A stretch of 64,000 bases of DNA, from NCBI RefSeq assembly GCF_009914755.1, contig NC_060926.1. One strand, written 5' to 3'. The notes beneath the pieces were generated by a model. The model did not search any database and was not told the origin of the DNA. It saw only the letters and a program-made list of their open reading frames with translations. The DNA is from the human T2T-CHM13v2.0 reference genome, Homo sapiens. The position numbers and the translations under genes are program-made. Below are positions 1-34,052 of the stretch, piece by piece (the first letter of the stretch is position 1; every line of letters starts with the position of its first letter).

Positions 1-582
1 TAGTTTTTCTCCATACTAGGCATAAGGTAGGAACAAAAAAGGAAGAACCAGCCCTTCCAGGGCTCAGGGGAGCAACACCAGAATGTCCGCTCAGTACTTG
101 TGAGGACAGAGGCTGGAGAGAGGACTACCCATTTACACTCAGAACCTCGATTCCTCTCTCTGCTCTGTGCTGGAGAGTGCAGAGCCAGAGATCCAGAACG
201 GCCCATCTCTAAAGGTGGCCATGTATGGTGGTGAGTGTATCTTGGCTAGGTTTGGAAAATCTGACCTCTCTGATTATATTCTCTAATCTTTGGGCTGCAA
301 AGCAGCTGAGAGTTTAGTGTTTTTCAACATAGTTAAGCCACTGAGTTTTATTTGGGAACAGCCAAGCTAAAGTAAAATGGGGTCCCTTTAGGTCATTTAC
401 AACCCTTAGTGTTGGGGTACAGAATGCTGCTTTCTCTTGGCCTTTGCTGGAAGACCACTTCTATGTTTTCTAAGAGGGAGACAGCCTTTTGTTTCATAGG
501 GCACTCCCTAAGAATAGCTCTTATTTATCAAGAGATACCCAGAAAACTCTTCGATTTGTCTTCCCTTTCCTCCTTAACCTAA

Positions 583-17936
<17,354 letters not shown>

Positions 17937-18173
17937 TAATGCCTTTATGTTCAATCCCAGGATATAGCCCCAAGATGGGGTAACAGTGGGAAATATGCTA
18001 GTTCCCCTCCAGGCCGCTGATTCCATGTGACAGCCGTTAAGTCCTTGGAATGCCAGCCACGCTGTCCAAGGCATTACAGAGTATCACCTTGAGACAGAAC
18101 AAAACAGGGACCTGCCACCCCTTCCCTCCCTCCGCAGCACAAGATTTTGGGACCACAAAAAAAAGTCTATATT

Positions 18174-18179
18174 TTTATA
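18174..18179 (-). terminator. OST4: Probable OST4 variant poly(A) signal TATAAA
   Basis: Plus-strand tttata. I saw no canonical AATAAA on the minus strand between the 18394 acceptor and here. Confidence 0.55.
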
Positions 18180-18270
18180 TTGGGGGGAGGGAGTAGAAAA
18201 GCAAGCCCCTATACTGGGCCCTATTCAGTGGCAGCTTCTTGTTCCATAGGATTAAGGAAGACTCTGAGGA

Positions 18271-18276
18271 AATAAA
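18271..18276 (+). terminator. AGBL5: AGBL5 polyadenylation signal
   Basis: AATAAA followed by a GT-rich downstream element (ggtgtagttgctttgtatgttgt). Confidence 0.85.
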
Positions 18277-18929
18277 AGTTGTTTGGAAAAATCCAGGTGT
18301 AGTTGCTTTGTATGTTGTGATGGGTAGAAGGGATGAAGTGAAGTGTGAAGGCCCCTCATACCCTCCATCTTGCCTCAGACTATGTCCTGGAACCCTAGAA
18401 AAGAGGGGGAAAGACCTGAGGTAAGGAAAATGCTGCAGCTTTCCTCTGGGGAATCCTTCAGGAAGTAACGCCCATCCATGTTCCCTTTATACTTGTGACC
18501 CACACTTAAGGCTGGCTCCAAAGCCCCCCCTTCCTTCTCTATAGTTTGGGTCAGCAGCCAACCCCTGGCCTCAGAACATGGAAACAGAATTCTACATCTG
18601 TCACCCCCCTCACCAAAAAAAATCTGCCCAAATAAGGCCTAAACAACCTGGGGAAAATGAGGGCTATTTAAGAGCCCAAATCCTCATACTTGGATGGTTC
18701 CCTCGGTACCTTCGTTCCTACCGGTGTCAGTGCCTCCTTACAACTATACTCCCAACTTGGGCATCTACCTACTGGAGACTGTGAGGGTTAGGCAACCCAC
18801 TCCCATTCTAGCAGGGAACAGGTTACGGGGAGAGGACAGCGCGCTCTCTCTCTACTCTGTGCAGACAAAGGGGCCCAGTTCTGGACTGTATCATGCTTGG
18901 CCCGACACTTTCTGATTGTAAGTTTCGAA

Positions 18930-19800
<871 letters not shown>

Positions 19801-21026
19801 TTGTAGAATGGGGACAGGGCTGGTGCTGCCGGGTGCTCCTTTCTCCGGCGCCATCCTTTGTGACCCACATGCAACCAAGTAGAACCATCCTGCCTTTTGT
19901 GATCTGACCAGGTTCTGTCTTAGCCGGGCTCCCTCCCTCCACCCTACCCCCCGGAGGTGGGCGTCGGAAATAGGGCGGACCCTCCCGGAATCAAAACCCA
20001 AACCGTGGGACTTCGGCCAAGTGGGAAATCACCCCCCGGATGTGGGGGAGGGAGAAGGGGAGGAATGGAGAAGAGGAGGAAGGGCTGGGACAAGCAAGAG
20101 GGGTCCTGGGTTCAGGACAGATTAGGTCGCCGAAGAGAACGAAGAGCGGTGGCTGCGGGTAGCCGAGGGTCTCTGGCGAGGGGAGAGGCACCCTGGAACT
20201 CTCCAAGCCTCTGCCCAGCCAGAGCTTTCTCCCCCCTCACTCCATGCTTTCTCTCAGCTTCACCATAAAAGGGAACGGCACTGAGCCAGGCCGGGGCCGG
20301 GGGCTGGGCTGTTGCTCTGGAGCTGTCAGGGGTAATGGAAGCCAGTTGCTTTGCGGTAGAGGGGGGCCAGGGCTCAGGGGAGGCCTCTGCTTCTCGGAGC
20401 CAAAGAAAACTCTACAGGAGATGCTATGGGCTTGGGACAGGGGACCAGTTTCCCGCCTGTGTGCACTGAGCTGGGGATGCACTATCCCAAAGTAGCCTTC
20501 CCGGGCCTGGGACCATCAACAGCTTGTCACCCAGGGCTTCAGCCCCGTGGCTTCTAAACATAATCCCTGCCTTTAGTAGTCTGTAGTTCCCGTGGCCTCC
20601 CCGCACCTCACCACCAGCCCCCACTCAATATTTCCCAGAAGCTTGATATTTAGAAAGCCGAGTCCCCTCCACACAACACTGGTGAAACCCCAGACAGGTA
20701 CTCCCTTATGCATCCCTCAGTAAGCGGTCTGTTTCCAGCTCCTCTCTGGGAGAGTAAGGGTCTAGGTCTTAAGGATTACACGTCATTATGCTTCATGTCT
20801 CCTGGAAATTTGAAGCAGATCCAAGTCCAACCAAACACTTAGGTCTACTGTTGAATCAGAACTAGCCCTCCCTTTTAAAAATAAGCTCTACCTTTAGGCC
20901 AGCCCTGGAAGTTAAACTTTCTAGACTGAAAATGACAGGAAAGCAAGCCTTGGAAGTGCTTAAAACCAATTGACCCAGGTGCATAGTATCCTAGACTATC
21001 AGAGCCGAAAGGGGCCTTCAAAATCA

Positions 21027-25625
<4,599 letters not shown>

Positions 25626-26736
25626 CCTTTCTTCCTCTTCTGTCATCTGTGGATTTCCCATCTGCCTCAGTGGAGTCCTTGACCTTTTCCTCCCTGGCCC
25701 AGCAGCACATTCTCCTCTCCTCCTTTCTCCCAAGTCACTGACCTAGTATTTAGTGTGTGTTCTCAGCCTCACCATTGACTTGCTGTGTTACCTTGGACAA
25801 GTCACTCTCCCACTCTGACCTCAATTTTCACATCTCTAAAAGGAGACTGCTAGACTAGACGGTGAGTGAAGTCCTGCTGAGCCCTCCGAGTTCATTCTCC
25901 CTTGTCCAGTCAGTCCTTCCCTCCCACCCTCCCCTCTGGGCTCCCTCTCTGGGGCCCTCTCCCCCAGGGGAGGCCTGCTCCAGCCCCAGGGGAGCTGCGG
26001 CCCTGGCTCCTGTTCCCAGTCGGAGTGACCAGCCCTGGGCCTCCTTCCCAGCTTCGGCCCTGGCTCCATGTGGCCCATCTGAGAGGCTGGCCTCAAGCCC
26101 GGCGGCAACTCCACATTTCTGTTTTTCCTTTTTTTTCCCTCTTTCCCGGAGTTAACAAGAAGCAGATGTGGCGCACGATGGTTGGAGAGGTGGGGGGAGG
26201 AAGGGGGAGGCCGGACCGCCAGCCAGACAGGGGGGAAGGGAGGGGAGCCAGCAGGGAGGAGGAGGCCAGGGCCCGCCCCACAGCCACTCTCGCGCCTCCG
26301 AACAGCCACAGGGGCAAAGCCCTGTCACCCCCAGGATCCGGTCATCAGGGAAAGAGGACAGGGAGACCAGAAGAGGGCCAGCTGGGACGAGGGGGCGGAC
26401 GCCCAGGAGGCAACTTCTGAGACGCAGCTCCTGAGAGGGGCAGGGACCAGGCGCGGGAGGCCAGAGGGGGCACAGAGAACAAACCCCCTCAGAAGTGAAG
26501 AGGAGAGCGGAAGGAACCGAGAGGGGACGGACAGGAGCTGAGGAGGAAAGAGGAGGGGAGAGGGGTCAGGCCAGGCAGCCAAGGAGAAGACGTGTGGCCG
26601 GGGGCTATCAGAAGGAAACTGGGACGGACGGGCCGGGCTCGGGCTGTCCTGTGGAGCAGCAGCATCCCCGGGGCCGGCAGAGGCGCCAGTGGCTGGGCGG
26701 GATGAGTCTCTGAGGGCCACTGTGGAGCGCCCCGCC

Positions 26737-26906
26737 ATGGCCCCCCGCACCCTCTGGAGCTGCTACCTCTGCTGCCTGCTGACGGCAGCTGCAGGGGCCG
26801 CCAGCTACCCTCCTCGAGGTTTCAGCCTCTACACAGGTTCCAGTGGGGCCCTCAGCCCCGGGGGGCCCCAGGCCCAGATTGCCCCCCGGCCAGCCAGCCG
26901 CCACAG
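26737..26906 (+). CDS. EMILIN1: EMILIN1 exon 1, coding part (signal peptide)
   Basis: [21 protein letters not shown]...ASRH; donor AG|gtaaga. Confidence 0.96.
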
Positions 26907-28777
26907 GTAAGAGTCTGGATCCCAGCCCGAGGCTTGGGTGGTGAGGAAGGGGTCAGAATGCCACCTCCGCCTGGCTCTCTGCTGTGTCCGCTAATGCAGG
27001 GCAGAGGGGGAGTGAGAAGCCCATCCATCAGGTGGCTCCTCACATGCCCACCTTCCCACGGGGCCTTTTCCAGGACCCCCTGAACACATATGTTCCTTGG
27101 GTCACCTAGGGGGTCCGCTCCCACATGCCCCAGGGAAGCTGCCCTGAGGGGAGCGGGCCAGGCCTTCCTGCCAGCTGCCCTCTGTATCCTAGCCCCAGAG
27201 CCTCAGGGAGAACTTTTGTCCCCTTCTAGGGCTCCCTTGACCCCATCCAGTAATCCATAATTCTGACACCACTCCAGCTCTGTTCCCTCCAGCCCTCCAG
27301 CCAGACACAGATCAGAGGCCGGAGTGAATGGGGCCAGGAGTATAGAACTGCAATCCCCAAGAGGGGCAGGCTCATCAATGGCTTATTCTCTACTTAACCC
27401 CAAGCTGGCCTGCCCGTCTTCTCCTGGAGGGGTGGGGTGGAAGCCAGTGTTCAGATCACCCACAGGGCCCGGGCTGGCTATGCGCACACAGCATGCCAAT
27501 CTGGGGACTGAGACAGGCCCAGAAAGGGACACACATGATTGTGTACATTCAGAGGCTCCCCGGGACCCCACCACCATGAGGATTGACTGCTCTGTGGTTT
27601 TCCATTCTGCGCGTCTCCCCATCTTGAAAAGTCTTTATCTGCTCCTGCTACACAGGAAAGCGTGGGGGATAGGGAGGGTGGCGATGCCAAAGCCCTTGCT
27701 CTCACTGATCCCCAAGGGTTCTGCATCTTTGGAGCCTTCTTCAGCCCCTCTGGTAGCCCCTGGGCCCTCCTCCAGGGCATGTATCTTTGGTCCTTGGACC
27801 CAGAGGGGGTTGTACCTACAGGAACTGGTGTGCCTACGTGGTGACCCGGACAGTGAGCTGTGTCCTTGAGGATGGAGTGGAGACATATGTCAAGTACCAG
27901 CCTTGTGCCTGGGGCCAGCCCCAGTGTCCCCAAAGCATCATGTGAGTCCCAGGGCCGGGCAACGGGCCCTTGGTGGGAACTGGGCGAGGGCAGATGGTGG
28001 GTGGCTGACTCAGGGAGTCTGTATGAAGCAGGGAGCAAGGGCAGGACAGGGGCTAGGGTCACAGCCATTTTGAGGAGATACTGAGACAACAGTTTGGCTG
28101 GTGGGAGACTGAGGGCAAACCTGCCTCACGCGCCAGCCCCAGATGCCTTCTCTGGGATGGCTCAGGCTCAAGCAGAGGAGTTCAAGGTTCCAGCACAGGG
28201 CAAGGGAAGGAAGAGCAGGGATTTAACCCTTGGCCAAAAAGCTGACAGCTGTCAGCTAAGCAAGGCCACATGTTGGACAGTAAGAGGGACCCAGCCTGAG
28301 GGACAGGCCATGCCCACCAGCAGCTGCCCACCCCTGAGGACAGGGACCAGGGTCACTGACCGTACAGGGAGGAATAAAGAGGCCTCCTTCTGCCTCTGCC
28401 AGGTACCGCCGCTTCCTCCGCCCTCGCTACCGTGTGGCCTACAAGACAGTGACCGACATGGAGTGGAGGTGCTGTCAGGGTTATGGGGGCGATGACTGTG
28501 CTGAGAGTCCCGCTCCAGCGCTGGGGCCTGCGTCTTCCACACCACGGCCCCTGGCCCGGCCTGCCCGCCCCAACCTCTCTGGCTCCAGTGCAGGCAGCCC
28601 CCTCAGTGGACTGGGGGGAGAAGGTGAGTGTGGGAGCTGCTGCGAGGGTGGCAAGTTCCAAATGGTGATCCAATGCAATGGGAAATGTGGGGCCAGGCTG
28701 CTGGGGGAGTCCCCCGTGCTCTATGCCAGAGAGAAGAGAGGGGCAGAAGGGTTAGTGAGATCGCAGAGATTCCCTGC

Positions 28778-28823
<46 letters not shown>

Positions 28824-31800
28824 TTGTGTGTCTGTGTGAGAGAGAGGGAGAGAGCACGCAAAAGATGGAGAGACTGAGAAAAAGAAGGCCAAAAAAGAGA
28901 AGGTGCTCGCACACGCCCCATGTGGCCAAGATCCTTCAAACAGCTGCAGGAGAAAGGGGCATTCCTTTGAGAAGCTTGGTCCGTGGGGACAGACAGTTGA
29001 GACTACAAATCCTAGCATGCATTGCACCTGACTACAGATCCCAGACCCCTCCGTGGCCTCTGGAGACCGCAGGTCCCAGCATGCAGCAGTTCCTGTGGCT
29101 TGCCTTCCCTCCTGCGTGCTGCACACCGGATGTGCTGTTTCCCTGCCCCGAGATAGCCTTACTATAATTATGCAAACAGGAACTCCTGGCCAACTCTCAC
29201 CGTCCACAGAGCCTCTTCTTTGTCCCCGTGGTGTTGCAGGGAAGTGTCACCCAGTGGTAGCTACTGTTGTGGCATCCAGAGTGCCTCCCTACACTCCCAT
29301 TTCGCCCCTCTTGACAGCCCCATGACAGAAGAGTGTCATTATCCTTTCGCAGAAGAGGAAAGAGTTTCCAAGAAGTTAAGAGGCACTCTGGGCAGGTGGA
29401 AAGGACATGGACCTGGGGGCTGGATAGATGGTCTGGGTTTGAAACTTAGCACTGCCATTTATTAAACCTGTGATCCATGGCCAGGCACCTAATATCTCTG
29501 GTCCAGTTTCCCAGCCTATATGATGGGAAGAGTTCATGGTATCTCCCCAGGGGAGTTATTGAAGAACAGAGCCATGGTTCATATTTGGCCTAGAGGCATT
29601 CAGTGAATGGAGTTTCTTTTTTTTTCTCTTGCCAAAATCACCCAAAGGAGAGGCAGAGCCAGCCTGGGCATCTGACCCTTGCTGGAGCTGGGGTGAGCAG
29701 GGGCCTTGAGCTCTGGGGTCCAGCCCCTCTGCCTTCTGCCTTCCCCTCTCCTCAGGTCCTGGGGAGTCAGAGAAGGTGCAGCAGCTGGAGGAACAGGTGC
29801 AGAGCCTGACCAAGGAGCTGCAAGGCCTGCGGGGCGTCCTGCAAGGACTGAGCGGGCGCCTGGCAGAGGATGTGCAGAGGGCTGTGGAGACGGCCTTCAA
29901 CGGGAGGCAGCAGCCAGCTGACGCGGCTGCCCGCCCTGGGGTGCATGAAACCCTCAATGAGATCCAGCACCAGCTGCAGCTCCTGGACACCCGCGTCTCC
30001 ACCCACGACCAGGAGCTGGGTCACCTCAACAACCATCATGGCGGCAGCAGCAGCAGTGGGGGCAGCAGGGCCCCAGCCCCAGCCTCAGCCCCTCCGGGCC
30101 CCAGTGAGGAGCTGCTGCGGCAGCTGGAGCAGCGGTTGCAGGAGTCCTGCTCCGTGTGCCTGGCCGGGCTAGATGGCTTCCGCCGGCAGCAGCAGGAGGA
30201 CAGGGAGCGGCTGCGAGCGATGGAGAAGCTGCTGGCCTCGGTGGAGGAGCGGCAACGGCACCTCGCAGGGCTGGCGGTGGGCCGCAGGCCCCCTCAGGAA
30301 TGCTGCTCTCCAGAGCTGGGCCGGCGACTGGCAGAGCTGGAGCGCAGGCTGGATGTCGTGGCCGGCTCAGTGACAGTGCTGAGTGGGCGGCGAGGCACAG
30401 AGCTGGGAGGAGCCGCGGGGCAGGGAGGCCACCCCCCAGGCTACACCAGCTTGGCCTCCCGCCTGTCTCGCCTGGAGGACCGCTTCAACTCCACCCTGGG
30501 CCCTTCGGAGGAGCAGGAGGAGAGCTGGCCTGGGGCTCCTGGGGGGCTGAGCCACTGGCTGCCTGCTGCCCGGGGCCGACTAGAGCAGTTGGGGGGGCTG
30601 CTGGCCAATGTGAGCGGGGAGCTGGGGGGGCGGTTGGATCTGTTGGAGGAGCAGGTGGCAGGGGCCATGCAGGCATGCGGGCAGCTCTGCTCTGGGGCCC
30701 CTGGGGAGCAGGACTCTCAAGTCAGCGAGATCCTCAGTGCCTTGGAGCGCAGGGTGCTGGACAGTGAGGGGCAGCTGCGGCTGGTGGGCTCCGGCCTGCA
30801 CACGGTGGAAGCAGCGGGGGAGGCCCGGCAGGCCACGCTGGAGGGATTACAAGAGGTTGTGGGCCGGCTCCAGGATCGTGTGGATGCCCAGGATGAGACA
30901 GCTGCAGAGTTCACACTACGGCTGAATCTCACTGCGGCCCGGCTAGGCCAACTGGAGGGGCTGCTGCAGGCCCATGGGGATGAGGGCTGTGGGGCCTGTG
31001 GCGGAGTCCAAGAGGAACTAGGCCGCCTTCGGGATGGTGTGGAGCGCTGCTCCTGCCCCCTGTTGCCTCCTCGGGGTCCTGGGGCTGGTCCAGGTGTTGG
31101 GGGCCCAAGCCGTGGGCCCCTGGACGGCTTCAGCGTGTTTGGGGGCAGCTCAGGCTCAGCCCTGCAGGCCCTGCAAGGAGAGCTCTCTGAGGTTATTCTC
31201 AGCTTCAGCTCCCTCAATGACTCACTGAATGAGCTCCAGACCACTGTGGAGGGCCAGGGCGCTGATCTGGCTGACCTGGGGGCAACCAAGGACCGTATCA
31301 TTTCTGAGATTAACAGGCTGCAGCAGGAGGCCACAGAGCATGCTACAGAGAGTGAAGAGCGCTTCCGAGGCCTAGAGGAGGGACAAGCACAGGCCGGCCA
31401 GTGCCCCAGCTTAGAGGGGCGATTGGGCCGTCTTGAGGGTGTCTGTGAACGGTTGGACACTGTGGCTGGGGGACTGCAGGGCCTGCGCGAGGGCCTTTCC
31501 AGACACGTGGCTGGGCTCTGGGCTGGGCTCCGGGAAACCAACACCACCAGCCAGATGCAGGCAGCCCTGCTGGAGAAGCTGGTCGGGGGACAGGCGGGCC
31601 TGGGCAGGCGGCTGGGTGCCCTTAACAGCTCCCTGCAGCTCCTGGAGGACCGTCTGCACCAGCTCAGCCTGAAGGACCTCACTGGTGAGGGGACAAAAGG
31701 CATGAGGGGACCCCTTTCAAGCCCCTTATTTTTCTTCTCCCTCCCCCAGCCCAGCTTCCAACTCATCTGCTTTCTCCTTGCTTTTCCCAACATGAATTGC

Positions 31801-33688
31801 AGCCCCAGCCAGTATTCCAGGTGTTATAGTTTGCCTGCAAGAGATGATGCAAGGTCCTAGCTCCCGCCCTCCCTCTGGCTGCTCACTAGGCCTGTGGGTG
31901 GAGAGAGGATGTTGCTCTGCCAGCCAGGGATCCAGCATATGCAGCAAGGGACCCCATGGCCCCCTCAGCCTGCAAAGCTCCACCTGTTCCATCCATCTTC
32001 TCCCTGTTCATGAAGCCACCACCCACCTTCCTTACCCATTGGAAACTCCTTTTATGGCCCTCCTTCAACTCAATTTTGTCACTGTAGGGCCTGCAGGAGA
32101 GGCTGGGCCCCCAGGGCCTCCTGGGCTGCAGGGACCCCCAGGCCCTGCTGGACCTCCAGGATCACCAGGCAAGGACGGGCAAGAGGGCCCCATCGGGCCA
32201 CCAGGTATGTGCACTGAGACCCTTGCTGCAGTCAGGGTTGCCACTGCCCCCTCCAACCCTGACCCCCGCTGGCAGCCCCAGGCTTGACATTCCACTCTGA
32301 ACTTGACAAGGGGAATTGGGTACTACCTGACCGATAAGGGAAAATCAGAGGAAAGTGAGGAGGAACTGTGATAGTCACTGTGTTTGGTTAATGGGTATTA
32401 GGAGGCTAATGGATAATGTTGGCCCCACTGCAGTACTGGAGACTAAAGCTGAGTCTATTATAGCTGTCTGGGGTGTGAAAGGCTGGGATGGCCCAGCAGT
32501 TGAACAGAATGGACCCTACCTATTCCTGTTTTTCTTGATACCCCAATTCCTGCTTTGAAGTCCACGTAGCACCCAGCACAACAGGAGAGCCTCAGCAGAT
32601 GTTTGCTGAGTGACTTAGTGAGAGCTGCTTTATTTCTCACTGCTCCCTTTCCTCTTCTCACAGGTCCTCAAGGTGAACAGGGTGAGTGCCTTTCATTTGA
32701 TTCTGGAGGGAGAAGTGACTAGGGGTTGGAGGATAGAGGTCCTCGGGCAGCCCTGGGCTGGGGATCCAGCAGGGGAAGGGGGCTGGCACTCTGCCCTGAG
32801 CATCCCCTTTAACATCCACCCTTCCCACTCAGGAGTGGAGGGGGCACCAGCAGCCCCTGTGCCCCAAGTGGCATTTTCAGCTGCTCTGAGTTTGCCCCGG
32901 TCTGAACCAGGCACGGTCCCCTTCGACAGAGTCCTGCTCAATGATGGAGGCTATTATGATCCAGAGACAGGTAGTCCTGGGAGGGGCTGGGTTGAACGGT
33001 TGGAGAAATGGGTGAGGTGTGCAGTGATATCTTCCCATTCTTGCCTTTTCCGACAGTGTGAATCTTCATTCTCTGATTTGGGGAGACCCCGGCTCTTTCT
33101 TCATTTATTCATTCTCAGGCAGTGGGGAGAAGAAGTAGTCATTCATTCATTCAGCAGATCTTTACTGGGGCCTGCTCCTGCCCAGGCACTGTTTTAAGTG
33201 CTGGGAATGCATAGTGAACAAAGCCCCCAGTTCCCTGCCGCTCACATTCCAGTGAGGTGAAAAGACCCAGAGGGTCCCTCCTCAGTCCAGGAGTTCTGGT
33301 GCGCTCCCCGGAGCTTCCCTGGCCCCCCTGACTGCTATCCTTGTCCCCAGGCGTGTTCACAGCGCCACTGGCTGGACGCTACTTGCTGAGCGCGGTGCTG
33401 ACTGGGCACCGGCACGAGAAAGTGGAGGCCGTGCTGTCCCGCTCCAACCAGGGCGTGGCCCGCGTAGACTCCGGTGGCTACGAGCCTGAGGGCCTGGAGA
33501 ATAAGCCGGTGGCCGAGAGCCAGCCCAGCCCGGGCACCCTGGGCGTCTTCAGCCTCATCCTGCCGCTGCAGGCCGGGGACACGGTCTGCGTCGACCTGGT
33601 CATGGGGCAGCTGGCGCACTCGGAGGAGCCGCTCACCATCTTCAGCGGGGCCCTGCTCTATGGGGACCCAGAGCTTGAACACGCGTAG
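26737..33688 (+). CDS. EMILIN1: EMILIN-1 precursor (signal peptide, EMI domain, coiled coil, short collagen stalk, gC1q domain); spliced CDS, 1016 aa
   Basis: Kozak GCCATGG at 26737. Exons 26737-26906, 27822-27941, 28403-28623, 29756-31684, 32088-32204, 32664-32681, 32833-32970, 33351-33688 sum to 3051 nt (1016 aa + TAG). EMI cysteines (RNWCAY...WRCCQGY), 17 Gly-X-Y triplets, C1q motifs [22 protein letters not shown]. Confidence 0.98.
27822..27941 (+). CDS. EMILIN1: EMILIN1 exon 2 (EMI domain)
   Basis: [39 protein letters not shown]; donor AT|gtgagt. Confidence 0.95.
28403..28623 (+). CDS. EMILIN1: EMILIN1 exon 3
   Basis: [32 protein letters not shown]...GGE; donor G|gtgagt. Confidence 0.95.
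28781..28820. repeat. (TG)20 microsatellite followed by degenerate TG/AG repeats, EMILIN1 intron 3
   Basis: Read directly from the sequence. Confidence 0.95.
29756..31684 (+). CDS. EMILIN1: EMILIN1 exon 4 (1929 nt, coiled-coil region)
   Basis: Core of the 694-aa ORF 29776-31860; heptad-rich; ctcAG| ... ACTG|gtgagg. Confidence 0.96.
32088..32204 (+). CDS. EMILIN1: EMILIN1 exon 5 (collagen Gly-X-Y x13)
   Basis: [39 protein letters not shown]. Confidence 0.96.
32664..32681 (+). CDS. EMILIN1: EMILIN1 exon 6 (18-nt microexon, GPQGEQ)
   Basis: Pyrimidine tract + cacAG acceptor and CAGG|gtgagt donor; needed to reach 1016 aa. Confidence 0.9.
32833..32970 (+). CDS. EMILIN1: EMILIN1 exon 7 (end of collagen, start of gC1q)
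   Basis: [45 protein letters not shown]. Confidence 0.96.
33351..33688 (+). CDS. EMILIN1: EMILIN1 exon 8 (gC1q domain)
   Basis: [18 protein letters not shown]...[11 protein letters not shown]...[15 protein letters not shown]. Confidence 0.96.
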
Positions 33689-34046
33689 ACTGGGGTCCCG
33701 CCCGACGTGTCTACGTCGGCTGAAGAGACAGCGGGGGCGGCGGGCTCCTGGGGTCTCGCCTGAGACGGGGCACCTAGCCCTGGGCGAGCGCCGCACCCGG
33801 GCCCGCAGCGGCACCGCGCCCAGAGCGGCCTCTCCCCACGCCCGGGGCGCGCCGGCTCAGGGAGGCTCGGGGCCGCCCATGCAGACTTTTGGCCTGGCGC
33901 GATCCCCCAAGAACCCCTCCAGGGCCGGCCTGCGGAGGAGCCGATCCTCGCACCCTCCGCTCCCTCCACTGGCCCTCCAGGTCGATTCCCTGGGCTCCAG
34001 GCTCCCCCGCGCGGGCGCCGCCCACCGCCATACTAAACGATCGAGG

Positions 34047-34052
34047 AATAAA
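34047..34052 (+). terminator. EMILIN1: EMILIN1 polyadenylation signal
   Basis: AATAAA about 360 nt after the stop, followed by ggtttttct. Confidence 0.85.

Noticed and set aside
30717-31793. 358-aa ORF antisense to EMILIN1 exon 4, plus other overlapping ORFs there
   Set aside because: Shadow ORF of a GC-rich, CTG/CAG/GAG-biased coding exon; low-complexity S/P/R translation with no promoter or domain evidence.
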